A stretch of DNA of 55,242 nucleotides from Octopus bimaculoides (GCF_001194135.2 NC_068991.1:74791274-74846515), one strand, 5' to 3'. Positions 11,746 to 23,930 are shown, counted from the stretch's first letter. Notes: a model not told the origin generated them from the letters alone. Numbers and translations are program-made.

Positions 11746-11845
11746 TGTGTCAAATATAAATAATGTAAATAATGTACATAATTCCTCATCAGTTAAATAT
11801 AGAACTGTATTATAACTAGATGAACCTGAAGCAGCCTGTCATGTC

Positions 11846-11942
11846 GTCGTCGTCGTTTAACGTCCACTTTCCATGCTAGCATGGGTTGGACGATTTGACT
11901 GAGGACTGGTGAAACCAGATGGCTACACCAGGCTCCAATCTG
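11846..11942 (-). mobile_element. RTE LINE 3' UTR terminal fragment (family C)
   Basis: Reverse complement of CCAACCCATGCTAGCATGGAAAGTGGACGTTAAACGACGAC. Confidence 0.8.
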
Positions 11943-11944
11943 AT

Positions 11945-12101
11945 AGACTTCTTCAGTTTCTGTCTATCAATTTCTCTGACTAGGCATGGATCACCTGGAA
12001 TGATTGTTCTGAATGCCGATTGAGACTATGTTCATACAGTGGGACTGAACCGCTGACCATGTGATTCTAAAGCAAACTTCTTAGCCACCCAGCCATGCCT
12101 G
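11945..12101 (-). mobile_element. Diverged SINE family A 5' half ending about 36 nt upstream of the MON2 exon
   Basis: Reverse-complemented head (GGGACTGAACC...AGCCATGCCTG). Confidence 0.7.
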
Positions 12102-12137
12102 ATTTTATTTATTGTTTCCGTTTTTCGATTTTTCCAG

Positions 12138-12268
12138 TTAACAAGAATGCAAACCAAGATGCTCAGTCAGTGGGAATGGAAGCCGTTGAAAGAAGTCAAG
12201 TGGTTGTTGTGGGTACTGCGCTACCTACTGCATCTTTACCTGTCGGTGCTCATGTTGGTCCTGTCATG
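12138..12268 (+). CDS. MON2: MON2 internal exon (phase 1 to phase 0), (V)NKNANQDAQSVGMEAVERSQVVVVGTALPTASLPVGAHVGPVM
   Basis: Acceptor tttttcgatttttccAG and donor ATG|GTAAAT. The peptide end parallels vertebrate MON2 QQVVAVGQPLAVQPQGTVM, which directly precedes LTSKNIQC (recalled from memory). It joins in frame to the 53399 exon. Confidence 0.85.
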
Positions 12269-12539
12269 GTAAATAACATTCATATTTCACTTTTATATTT
12301 TATTAATGTTTATGCTGCAATTTAGTTAAGGAAGAAAAGCTTTTGTACAACAGTTATATAATGAGTATATTCCATCAAAATGATTTATGCAATTTTTCTT
12401 TTGTAATGTAATGTAATTTTTTTTAATGTTGATCTTAACTCAAAGGTGGAGAAGCCTTTTGGCTGAGATTCCAAGTAATTTCATGTAATTTAAAAAAAAA
12501 ATAGATTTGGTTTTTAAATGTATTTTACTGATACAGTAC

Positions 12540-13010
12540 TGGAAAATGTTTTGTTCCATGCCTGTCATTGTTTCTCCAGAGTTGTTTATCCTTTGTTCTG
12601 AAGGGAAGATACTTTCTAAGTTTCTCTTAGATCAGGAGAATGGGGTATAAATGAATGAAGTTATTGGGGTCAAATTTTAATTTGGATTGTATATTAGTGA
12701 TAGAAGAGAAATTAAATTGGAAATGCAAGGATATAAATGTGTTGAAGAGTTATTAAGTAAATTGTTTAAAATGAGATCTTCATGGTGTGTTAGAAAGCTG
12801 AAAGTCGATTGACTGGTGCATGAAGTGGGTTCTGGTAATGTAGAATTTGTAATTATCAAGGGTAAACTTATGGCTATGGTTGAAGGGGCATTGTGGTTCT
12901 ACTTTGTTGCTGAGTTGGTGGTTGTTTGGCATAAACTTGGAAGACATGTGCTGATTTCTTGCAAGCTTAGACTGGTAGTAGTCTTTTCCATCTGTCTCTT
13001 TCTCTTGGGA
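12540..13010 (-). pseudogene. Possible highly degenerate Penelope-like reverse transcriptase fragment
   Basis: Minus-strand remnants in the expected order: FMPNNH (~LLPKIHK), SSTHLYPCI (~DVxSLYxxI), NNFIHLY, and acaggcatggaacaaaa (~TAMGTK with a 1-nt deletion). Weak and frameshifted. Confidence 0.3.
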
Positions 13011-13199
13011 AAAATCTTGTTTATTTCCAGGTTTGTGACCTGGGATACTGTTTTCTAAAGGAACAGGCACTGTATTTTAGAAAGGTAATTTTGCTGGTAT
13101 ATGCAAGTAAAAATTTAACTGCCGCATCCCTTGGGCATGGCATGTACTACGTAATAATGATTCTTCCCTGTTTGACACAAGACTGTACATTTGTAAGTG

Positions 13200-13390
13200 G
13201 GGGGCAAGGATGGGTTATTCGTCATTGAACTGATCCCCGGTATATGCTTGGTGTTAATTTTACTGACTCTTGAAAGATGGAAAGTGAAGCCAATTTTGAC
13301 GAGATTTGAACTCTGGACATAGGGAAATGAAACTAAATTTGCTTTGGTGTTTAGCCTGGCATTCTGCACCTTATTACCACACCCATTCAA
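13200..13390 (-). mobile_element. Diverged SINE family B copy
   Basis: Reverse complement of the family B central domain (ACTTATTTTATCGACCCC...GAAAGATGAAAGGCAAAG-like). Confidence 0.6.
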
Positions 13391-13890
13391 TGATAACAGA
13401 AGGAGGGGATTAGTCAATAACTTTGATTCTCTCAGTACTTTGCTGGTACTTTGTTTCATCAACACTGGCAGGATAAAAGGAAAAAAAAAAAAATCACAAG
13501 TAATTTGATCTCAGAATATAAAACAGCTTTGTTACTAAGTAATAATAGCACTGAATTAAGAGATAAATATAGTAAGATTATGTTGCTCATTGAAGCAAAG
13601 AATTATATAATGTAGATGTCGAAAAAGGAAAAAAAAATGTTGGTATGGGTGGTTTGATTGAAAGTAAAGTCTTTTGGTCAATATGAAATTTAAAATATAT
13701 CTGAAATAGAGCCATGATTAGAGGAATTCCTGTATGACCATAATACCTTTTATTCAGACAGAATGTATCTAAGACTACATTATTCACTATATCCTTCTTT
13801 GAAGATGATATAGCGTGTGATATGAGAGAAATTTGGCTGCTGTTTCTTGTAGGGCAAGTAGCTACATAAAAGGTCCCTCACTGGCTTGAT

Positions 13891-14400
13891 TTAGCCCTTT
13901 CGATACCAACCTGCCTGAAATGGTGGCTAGTTTTATGATACAAACTTGTTTTAACGTGATCTAAATTACAACTTTCCATTACAATTTCATGTTAATTTTA
14001 TATTCCAAACACTCGCTTAATAATAAATGACAAAAAGTTATTTTAATGAAATTATTCATTATTTCCAAAGTTATTTGAAACAAAAGGCAATGTATTTCAT
14101 TAGAAATATTGTAACAAAAGGGTTAATTGTTGGTTCGTTAACCCTTTTGTTACAATATTTCTAATGAAATACATTGCCTTTGTTCCACTTAATTCTGAAA
14201 TTAATAAAGAGTTTAGTAAAAAAAAAAAGACTATGTTATTATTAAGCTAGTGTTTACAACATAAATTAACATGAAATTGTGACAGAAAATTTTATCGAAT
14301 TTAAATCTCTTTAAAATAAGAAGTTTATATCATAGAACCAGATTTTGTGCAAGGCTGGGCAATATTGATGCAAAATATCTAGGAAGGATTTTGTCTTAAT
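13891..14400. mobile_element. Two piggyBac-type MITE copies in inverted orientation, 11 bp apart (13895-14122 and 14142-about 14400)
   Basis: ...GTAACAAAAGGG|TTAA ttgttggttcg TTAA|CCCTTTTGTTAC... Same family as the complete copy at 52466-52699. Confidence 0.8.
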
Positions 14401-15433
14401 AAAAGACATTATGGTCAGGTTTGATTCAGAATTTGCCCATGCAGTGGATTTACAAATCTCTCAACTCGAGGGATTCTTGGAAAATAACATGCATTATGTA
14501 TCACATTATGGCAAACATTAAAAGAAACCCCAAAATGAGGGGTTTTTTTTTCACGTGGATTTTAATAGTGAAATCATGTTTGTTCTTGTTTAGAATTACT
14601 CTTACAAGTGAGAAAGGATTAAATTAATTTTCTCGGATTATTTGCTTTTATTAAGTAATTCTGAATGTATTGATAACAGGGCTTCACTTCGTTATGGAAG
14701 CAATATCATCACAGAACCAAAAATCAAACAAAAAAACAAAACAAAACAAAGCAAAAAATTAAATGAATATCTTTATTCTGTTTTCTCTTAGCTTCCCTAT
14801 TTCACAAACACTCTCTCTTTTTGTCTTTGACTCTCTCTCTCTCTCTGCCCCTCTGTCTCTTTCTGTTTATCTGTCTCTCTTTCTATTTGTCCCTCTCTTT
14901 CTCTCTGTCTGTTTGTGTGTGTCTCTCTTTTTCTCTCTCTTTAATGAAAATGAATATTAATCTATTCATTAATAGGAAATCTGAATTCTAAGTCTATAGA
15001 TTGGCAATGAAATTAAATTTCTTCAGAAATACTGTGTTTCCAAATATTGTTGATTGTCAACTTTAGGTATTTTCATAGAATGTTTGAGAAAAAGTTTCTT
15101 CATAAAAACCCCAGCATTTTGTGCTGAATTATAAATCTTGGTTTTAATCAACAATGGTTTCCAAATCTTAGATATTACCTTTGTTATATGTTACATGCAG
15201 TTTACCACAAAGATGAAAATACAACTGTTTTTCTATTGACTTCATGAGAGAAGCTCAGTGATCAGCTTTATTCTGTTGATTGGTTTGTTCATTTTAACGA
15301 GCAATAGTAATTTATTTGTCTTTGTATAATTATTTAACCTCATGCTGGGCTCCTTTTTGAGCAGAATTATGATCAATGATGCTCTAGCTGTTGCTATACT
15401 GTAGTTTCTTTTGAGGCATAATGTACCCTAGAC

Positions 15434-15733
15434 GAGTGCTTCTCAAACTATCTGAAGTGGCATACTGGCAATTTTTTTTGCAATGTTCCAGGGACCGGTA
15501 ATATTTCTTCATAACATTAATTTATACCGGAAACAATATATATAATGAATATAATAAAAGCTGACAACTTTTTTTATCTTATATTTATTTTGTGAATAAA
15601 TAATAAAATATTACATAAGCGTTTCATAAGCATTTTATAATATTTCTTTCTTTTCTGGAAACTGGCTGCATACCAGCAGCTGATGGCTTGCAGACTGATG
15701 CCAGTCTACGGACCATCACTTTGAGTAACATTG
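15434..15733. mobile_element. hAT (Charlie-like) MITE, 300 bp
   Basis: TIRs GAGTGCTTCTCAAACT / ACTTTGAGTAACATTG, with an exact 8-bp TSD CCCTAGAC at 15426-15433 and 15734-15741. Confidence 0.85.
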
Positions 15734-17254
15734 CCCTAGACTACCTTATCCAATGTATCTTGTTTAAGACAACAGTGTGTGATTTGATGAAGATTTGGTA
15801 ATTAATATCAGGCTGAGTGACCATCTAGAGCTTCCTTAGTTGGCTTATTTTCCTTGTGTTCCATTTCATATCTGAAAAGGTAGAACAAAATTCAATGTCC
15901 GTTGTGTTTCTGTTGTGCTGGAGAATGGAAATATTTGAGTAATTTCAATAAAGGTAATCGTTGGTTTAACTTAATTGTAAGTTAATACCCTGAAAGAATG
16001 ACCTAGCAGTATCTAGGGATGATATTTAAGTTATTGTGTTGGGATCAACTCATTCTTGCATTACTTAAAGTTTCATACTCAGAGTAGAAGATTCTTGCTA
16101 TAGTGATTAGCAGATGAGCAACAAGGAAACATCCTTGTATTACTATGATACTATAATGTCAACTTGCAGCTGCACTTGCATATGAAATATAGTGCATAAT
16201 TTCTAACTTGCTTGAATATCTCAGTTTGTAAAATCTGTCAAATTCTGTAACAAAACTAAAATATATTGTGTATGTATATCTTAAGTTTCATGATGTGCCA
16301 GAGTATGATAAATCTGTTTAACCTAGGGTTTCTAGGTTTTCACATATTTATGAGTTTAGTTGCTTCACTGAGAGGTTTTTAAGTAAATTGTGCGTATGTC
16401 AATATGTGTGTGTTTCCATATCTATCACTTTATGCTAAATCCACTAAATCAGGGGTCCTAAGTTTTTCCAAGATGCTAAAAGGAACCTTTTAGTGTCTAC
16501 ATTTAATAATCACAGATATGACATTAAAATAGTTGTGTCATTTTTTTATGAATCATTAAGGTAAAAAATTTTCTCAGACTTGCATAACCTGCATGTTCTT
16601 ATCCAATTCATATGTCTTACATTATTCTAGAATTTGTAAGGAACTTTGAATTTAGTATTGCATTCTTTCAATTTCCAAATTTAGTTGGATAGTTTGGTGG
16701 CATTGCTCTTTTCTGTGCTTCTGAAAGAGGTATGATTGTAAAGATGATATTTGAATTTACTCTCCACTGTACCGACTGTATGCTCTAGTATTTAGGTTTG
16801 TTTGTGGAGATGACCTCTGCTATGTAGACCTCAGCATTGCATGACTGATTGGATGGGAATGCATTCTTTGTTTTTGCATGAGCAATTTATCTCTGCTCGT
16901 TTTGCTGGATTACTTGTAGCTGTACTTTACATGTTTCTTTTTTTTTTTTTGATATACAATAAGTTAGTTTTAAGTTATTATTATAAAACTCTTATAACTG
17001 TGATCCACAGGAAAACGTTTATTGATTGAGCATAAAAATGTTTGAGCTTTGTTGGTGAGATTAAACCATGTGATTATCCAACATCTCTTTCTGCTTGTGG
17101 TGGTGGTGGTGAGGGATTCATAACGTATTTAATCGTCTTTTTATATTATTTGCTTAATGGAGGGGGATAATTTGATTTCTGCCAGTTCATTATTTTGCAT
17201 CATAAATGGAGGTTTACGAATGCATGTTCAATATGGTGTGTGTGTTTATGAGTG

Positions 17255-17288
<34 letters not shown>

Positions 17289-17740
17289 AGTTTGTGTTTG
17301 AAAAATTTTAATAGTACATACAATGAAATCTTGAATTTCTTTGTTGAAACAGGAAAGCCCTATGTACTTTTTAACCTTAAAATTATTACAAATAAATGGC
17401 AGTACTTTTGGATAAAGGGGTGGATAATGTGTGGAATGATACTCTAAATATTTAGAAATTTAATCTAAATTAGATTTTGGTAGGTTTATTATTTTATTTT
17501 TATTTATTTATTTATTTTTTTGGTTTTATTTTACAGTTTCAATAGTGTGAAAGTGAATAGCCGAACATATTCTATAGCAGGAACTGAAATAATTGTTAAT
17601 GTTGCTGATTATAACTATTTCTTTTAGCATTGCATTAACGTACTTAAATAAGGAAAGCAAAAAGCAAAATTTCCATATAATTGAAAATAAATCAATTCTA
17701 AAAATAAGGAGGAACACATTCAATTAAACTATTGATTATC

Positions 17741-17801
<61 letters not shown>

Positions 17802-18363
17802 TGTATATATCTTGTGCGTATAGTCTTACTTTTTCTATTTATGAAAGCGATATTCAAGGAGTTCATTACAAATATTAATGAAATGATGTTTTTTTTTTTG
17901 TATNNNNNNNNNNNNNNNNNNNNNNNNNNNNNNNNNNNNNNNNNNNNNNNNNNNNNNNNNNNNNNNNNNNNNNNNNNNNNNNNNNNNNNNNNNNNNNNNN
18001 NNNNNNNNNNNNNNNNNNNNNNNNNNNNNNNNNNNNNNNNNNNNNNNNNNNNNNNNNNNNNNNNNNNNNNNNNNNNNNNNNNNNNNNNNNNNNNNNNNNN
18101 NNNNNNNNNNNNNNNNNNNNNNNNNNNNNNNNNNNNNNNNNNNNNNNNNNNNNNNNNNNNNNNNNNNNNNNNNNNNNNNNNNNNNNNNNNNNNNNNNNNN
18201 NNNNNNNNNNNNNNNNNNNNNNNNNNNNNNNNNNNNNNNNNNNNNNNNNNNNNNNNNNNNNNNNNNNNNNNNNNNNNNNNNNNNNNNNNNNNNNNNNNNN
18301 NNNNNNNNNNATATATATTAGATTAATAATTATATATATATATATATATTAGATTAATAATTA

Positions 18364-18395
<32 letters not shown>

Positions 18396-18558
18396 GGTGC
18401 AGGAGTGGCTATGTAGTAAGTAGCTTGTTTACCAACCACATGGCTCCGGGTTCAGTCCTACCACGTGGCACCTTGGGCAAGTGTCTTCTACTATAGCCTC
18501 AGGCCAACCAGAGCCTTGTGAATGGATTTGGTAGACGGAAACTGAAAGAAGCCCATCG

Positions 18559-18599
<41 letters not shown>

Positions 18600-18800
18600 T
18601 TGTGTGTCTGTGTTTGTCCCCCTACCATTGCTTGACAACCAACGTCTGTGTGTCTACATCCCCGTTACTTAGTGGTTCGGCAAAAGAGGCTGATAGAATG
18701 AGTACTAGGCTTACAAACTATAAGTCCTGGGGTCGATTTGTTCGACTAAAGGTGGTGCTCCAGCATAGCTGCAGTCAAGAGACTGAAACAATAAAAGAAT
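18396..18800 (+). mobile_element. SINE family A, full length with internal (TG)n
   Basis: Head, body, microsatellite and tail all present. Confidence 0.9.
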
Positions 18801-19670
18801 AATATAATTGTTTTAAAGGAGAAAATCAAAATACAACTTATTTTCTCCTTACTGTTGCCTTACTTGGAAACAGTTGAGGTTTGGTGACAGGAAGAGCAAC
18901 CAGCTGTAGGAAATCTGCTTCGCTGAATTTCCCCCTGATACATGCAATCATGGAAAAGTGGACACGAAGGTGATAATGACTATGATGACGACAATGTGCT
19001 TCAACATCGTTTAAAATTTGTTATTTAGAATTTAATACATTTCAAAATATGCACAAGCTGTATTTTGTGATATACTTAATATTATCAGCATCTGATATAC
19101 AATAATTATATAACAAAAACAAAAACCAAAAAAACCAAGAAACAAGAACAGACAAAGCCGTCTCCATGATAATTTGAGCCAATGTCTACTGAAGAGAGTT
19201 GTATCTCTACGTCATATGAAAATATTACCTGTAGTTTTATCATGACTTATTGAAGTTTCTACTTATTACTTAAATGAAAAATTGATTTTCGAGCAAGATG
19301 ATTCCATTTGGTTGGCTTCTTGGAAATCTGGTGTAAAACTAAGAGGAAAGCAAAGTTTGCTTAGCTTTGTTTTGTTTTGTCATATTTTGTTTCTTTATTT
19401 GTTTTCTTAGTTTTAAATTGTACCTGTAGATATCAATTACTGGATGTTTTAGGTTCTTTATTAAAGTAAATTGATTTTAGAATTGTTTTGCGATGTTGAC
19501 ATATATTGAACAAATATATAATTATGCCCATGCTAACACGTTATACATAGACGTACGTATCTTCTTCGTATTAATTCTTTCTATGGCTGATCTATATTCT
19601 TTGTTTTATGGAACGTCATTGATTTCAGTTTATCTTGGTATGAGGACATTATTTGTAAAATTTACTACAG

Positions 19671-19760
19671 GCGTCAGTAGTAGGGTAGGAGATAAGGGTG
19701 GTGGAGCCACTAGCTCAGATACAAATAATCCTGGTGCGAATGTGGGTGTCTCATTGTTGG
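19671..19760 (+). other. Orphan exon-like segment (90 nt, phase 1-1), (G)VSSRVGDKGGGATSSDTNNPGANVGVSLL(G); host gene unknown
   Basis: tttactacAG acceptor, TTGG|GTATGT donor, markedly higher GC than its flanks, length a multiple of 3, one open frame. Not in frame with the phase-0 MON2 intron. Confidence 0.45.
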
Positions 19761-20374
19761 GTATGTACTCTGTATGTATCCAAGAATAAGACACCTGATT
19801 GGCAATCAGAAATCAAAGTGACAGAAACTATGTAAATATACCTACAGAAGGGAAGGTGGCTCATCTCTAAAGACGAGTGTAATCATCATCGTCGTCGTCG
19901 TCATCGTCAAACACTTTGTGGGCAAACACTTTGTGGGTGGAGGCGGTTGTGAATACTGAAAGGGGAGCAGACAAATCATGTTGGGGGTAATATGTGGCTT
20001 GACCCAGAGTTGACGAACTCTGGAGCATGACAAAAACTGTTGTTTGTTGTACCTTGTGAGGGTCATTTTGTTAATAAAGCACATTCACTGGTTATATTTC
20101 ACTTCTCATTATCTTTATTGGTCATGTAGCTAATTAATTAATGACCTCTCTCACCCCAATGTACAACAACGTTTTGACTCTGTTTCACATCAAAAATCTT
20201 TCAAACCAAACAAAAAACAAAAATAAAGATCATTCTTGGTATTTTACTTTTGGTTAAGTTATGTACATTGTAATTCCATGATTTTGAACTTCTCCACTGC
20301 TATGGAAGAAAAAGAAGAGTCTTGTGAACAGGAACTCTGTCTTCTCTTCTCAAATCTAGTGGGAGAGAGTGACA

Positions 20375-20580
20375 AGCTGGCAGAAGTGTTAGGATGCCGG
20401 ACAAAATGCTTTGCAGAATTTCATCCGTCTTTATGTCCTGAGTTCAAATTCCACTGAGGTCGACTTTGCCTTTCACCCTTGTGGGGTCAATTAAATAAGT
20501 ACCAGTTGAGCACAAGGGTTAATGTAATCCACTAACAACCTCCCCCCAAATTTTAGGCCTTGTGCCTACATTAGAAAGGA
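20375..20580 (+). mobile_element. SINE family B
   Basis: GCTGGCAGAAG...GAGGTCGACTTTGCCTTTCA...CCTTGTGCCTACATTAGAAAGGATT. Confidence 0.85.
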
Positions 20581-20996
20581 TTGCTAAAGTGGAGGAGAAT
20601 TGAAAGGACATTAATCTCATGTTGAGATGTCTGGTATTTGTCAGTTTGAGAATCAAGGTTCTGTCGTATATTAAATAATGAAGAGTTAGACTAAGCTGTG
20701 CTTGACAGGCTTCCAAGTTGGGACTGTACACTGTTAAGTAGCTTCCAGATAGAATTGGCTGTTAAATTATTGAACAATTGTCAGTCTTCTAGGATTGTGT
20801 TCTGAATTTAGTCAAATGCGATTAGTTTTGTAAATATAAACTGTTTACATTTGGTCTTTGCTGTTCAAACAAACCAGGCTTCCACACACACCTATCTATA
20901 CACAAACACACACACAAACAACAGCCCCACCACCACATACACACACCTGCATGTATATGTATCTGGTTAGGTCAAATGGATGTGCATATGACATAA

Positions 20997-21365
20997 CTGG
21001 TATGAGGAGTGGCTGCGTGGTAAGTAGCTTGCTTACCAATTGTATGGTTCCGGGTTCAGTCCTACTGCGTGGCACCTTGGGCAAGTCTTCTACTATAGCC
21101 TCAGGCTGACCAAAGCCTTGTGAGTAGATTTGGTAGATGGAAACTGAAAGAAGCCCATCGTATGTCTGTGTTCGATCCCCCCCGCTCCATTGCTTGACAA
21201 CCAATGCTGGTATGTTTATGTCCTTGTATCTTAGCAGTTCGGCAAAAGAGACCAATAGAATAAGTACTAGGCTTACAAAGAATAAATCCTGGGGTTGATT
21301 TGTTCGACTAAAGGTGGTACTCCAGTATGGCCTCAGTCAAATGACTGAAACAAATAAAAGAAAGA
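20997..21365 (+). mobile_element. SINE family A, full length
   Basis: Complete head-to-tail match to the other copies. Confidence 0.9.
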
Positions 21366-21526
21366 ATAAAAGAATACATATACACACATCCATATATGGA
21401 GGTACTGGCATGACTATGATTAAACAGTTTCTTCCACAACCACATGGTTTTGGGTTTCATTCATCCTGGCCATCTGTAAGTGTCTTGAGGTGATTTGTTT
21501 GATGGAAACTGCAGGAAGCCCATACA

Positions 21527-21995
21527 CTTTAGGCCTCACAGAGGCGGTGACTAGCGACCGAGACCTTTGGTGATATGCTGTGCTTGATAAGACCTGTCAA
21601 GCCAAGTGAGATCATAGTCATGGTTGATGTTGGTGTCGTGTTACTGGTACCCGTGCTGGTGGCATGTAAAAGGCACCTTTTGAGTGTTGGGCCTCATGGA
21701 GGCAATGACCGAGACCTTTGGCATTATTTTGTGCTTGAGAAGAAAACCCATCAAGCCAAGTAAAACTGCAGTTGTGGTAGATACCAGTGTCACACAAATG
21801 GCACCCGTGCCGGTGATACGTAAGAACACCCATTACACTCTCAGAGTGGTTGGTGTAAGAAGGGGCATCCAGCCACAGTAAACCATGCCAAATTAGACTG
21901 GAGTCTGGTGCAGCCTCCCAGCTTACCAGCCCTAGTCAAACCATCCAGCCCATGCCAACATGAACAAAGGACATTAAAGGATGATGATGGTGATG
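21527..21995 (+). mobile_element. RTE LINE 3' end (family C): ORF2 terminus and internally duplicated 3' UTR with (GAT)n tail
   Basis: LGLTEAVTSDRDLW*YAVLDKTCQAK*, duplicated GACCGAGACCTTTGG...CAAGCCAAGT block, and shared GAAGGGCATCCAGC...CCAACCCATG tail. Confidence 0.85.
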
Positions 21996-22476
21996 ATGGA
22001 GCTTCTTACCATGCGGCCACGCCTGCACCTATTTGTACACATTGTAAATTGTAATCAGCAACATATGGTCATATATTGAAACGAATCACTATCGCATATG
22101 CTGCTGTTCAAGTTAGTTCAAATGCTTTATTTATTAATTCCACCTCTATTAACTCCACCGTAAATTGCCCTTATTTCTCTCATTAAAGGAAAATGGTATT
22201 TCTTTATCCACTTGCTGTTTTTGTCAATTGCAAATCTGTTCATATCTCGGAGAATTTACATTTTCATAAAATTTCTCATTCCCGTCAATATTTTCCCAAT
22301 GTCAGCTGATTGTGAGCTGATCCTCCCAATTCTTCTCATTATCATTTAGCTCCCATGATCTGCCTTGATTGAGCTGGTACTATACTCAAAAGCATTCCTG
22401 CCATGACCATCCTATCTTTTTGTTGATCTAGGAATATATCCCTGACCATATTCTATGAGTCTTTTTTACTCTCTAT

Positions 22477-22842
22477 TACTTGTTTCAGTCATTTGACTGA
22501 GGCCATGCTGGAGCACCACCTTTAGTCAAACAAATCAACCCTAGAACTTATTCTTTGTAAGCCTAGTACTTATTCTATCGGTCTCTTTTGCCGAACAGCT
22601 AAGTGACGGTGACATAAGCACACCAGCATCGGTTNNNNNNNNNNNNNNNNNNNNNNNNNNNNNNNNNNNNNNNNNNNNNNNNNNNNNNNNNNNNNNNNNN
22701 NNNNNNNNNNNNNNNNNNNNNNNNNNNNNNNNNNNNNNNNNNNNNNNNNNNNNNNNNNNNNNNNNNNNNNNNNNNNNNNNNNNNNNNNNNNNNNNNNNNN
22801 NNNNNNNNNNNNNNNNNNNNNNNNNNNNNNNNNNNNNNNNNN

Positions 22843-22889
<47 letters not shown>

Positions 22890-23010
22890 TACGATGGGCT
22901 TCTTTCAGTTTCCATCTACCAAATCCACTCACAAGGCTTTGGTCAACCTGAAGCTATAGTAGAAGACACTTGCCCAAGATGCCACGCAGTGAGACTGAAC
23001 CCGGAGCCAC
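22477..23010 (-). mobile_element. SINE family A, full length; its internal microsatellite coincides with the gap 22635-22842
   Basis: Tail before the gap and body/head after it. Confidence 0.85.
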
Positions 23011-23786
23011 TCCTGGGCCTAGAGTGTGTATTTTTTTTAAAGAGAGTAGGGTATGATTTGAAGGCGATTTGGTGGTCATTTGTAGCATGCTGCATGGCCT
23101 GGTAGAGGCTCCATCAGCTCATGATTCACTTTGTTATTGCTTTATTTGGCATTTATGTCATAAAGAAAAAAAACTTATAGATGAAGTAAATAGACTGGAC
23201 AGATGTTACTGGTTGTATGGTGGGACTGGGGGTGGATTGAGGTTGTGCAGGGGGCAAGAGTAGTAATCAAAGCAGATGTGAGAAAAATCCTTGAATAATG
23301 TAATTAATGAAGAATGGCATAAATAATGGTAACTTGATTATTGTTTGTGTCTGAGAAAATAAGAACTGGTCAAGTTGATTGAAAACAGATTTAGAATAAT
23401 TTGGAAGTCATGATTAATGCATTGGTTTGCAAGATATGACCGTGGTGGTTAAGAAGTTTGTTTCTTGACTATGTGGTTTCAGACCTGCTATGTAGTACCT
23501 TGAGCAGGTGCCTTTTACTGTAGCACCAAGCCAACCAAAATCTTGAGAGTAGATTTGGTACAGAGAACTGTCGTGTGAATCATATATATATATATATANN
23601 NNNNNNNNNNNNNNNNNNNNNNNNNNNNNNNNNNNNNNNNNNNNNNNNNNNNNNNNNNNNNNNNNNNNNNNNNNNNNNNNNNNNNNNNNNNNNNNNNNNN
23701 NNNNNNNNNNNNNNNNNNNNNNNNNNNNNNNNNNNNNNNNNNNNNNNNNNNNNNNNNNNNNNNNNNNNNNNNNNNNNNNNNNNNNN

Positions 23787-23928
23787 ACGTCCGCTTTCCA
23801 TGCTAGCATGGGTTGGACGATTTGACTGAGGACTGGTGAAACCAGAGGGCTACACCAGGTTCCAATCTGATTTGGCAGAGTTTCTACAGCTGGATGCCCT
23901 TCCCAATGCCAACCACTCAGAGAGTGTA

Positions 23929-23930
<2 letters not shown>
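23787..23930 (-). mobile_element. RTE 3' UTR fragment (family C)
   Basis: Near-identical to the 27.9 kb copy. Confidence 0.85.

Noticed and set aside
14594-14607. 14-nt micro-exon-like segment with good splice sites
   Set aside because: It is frame-shifting and very short; indistinguishable from chance without RNA data.
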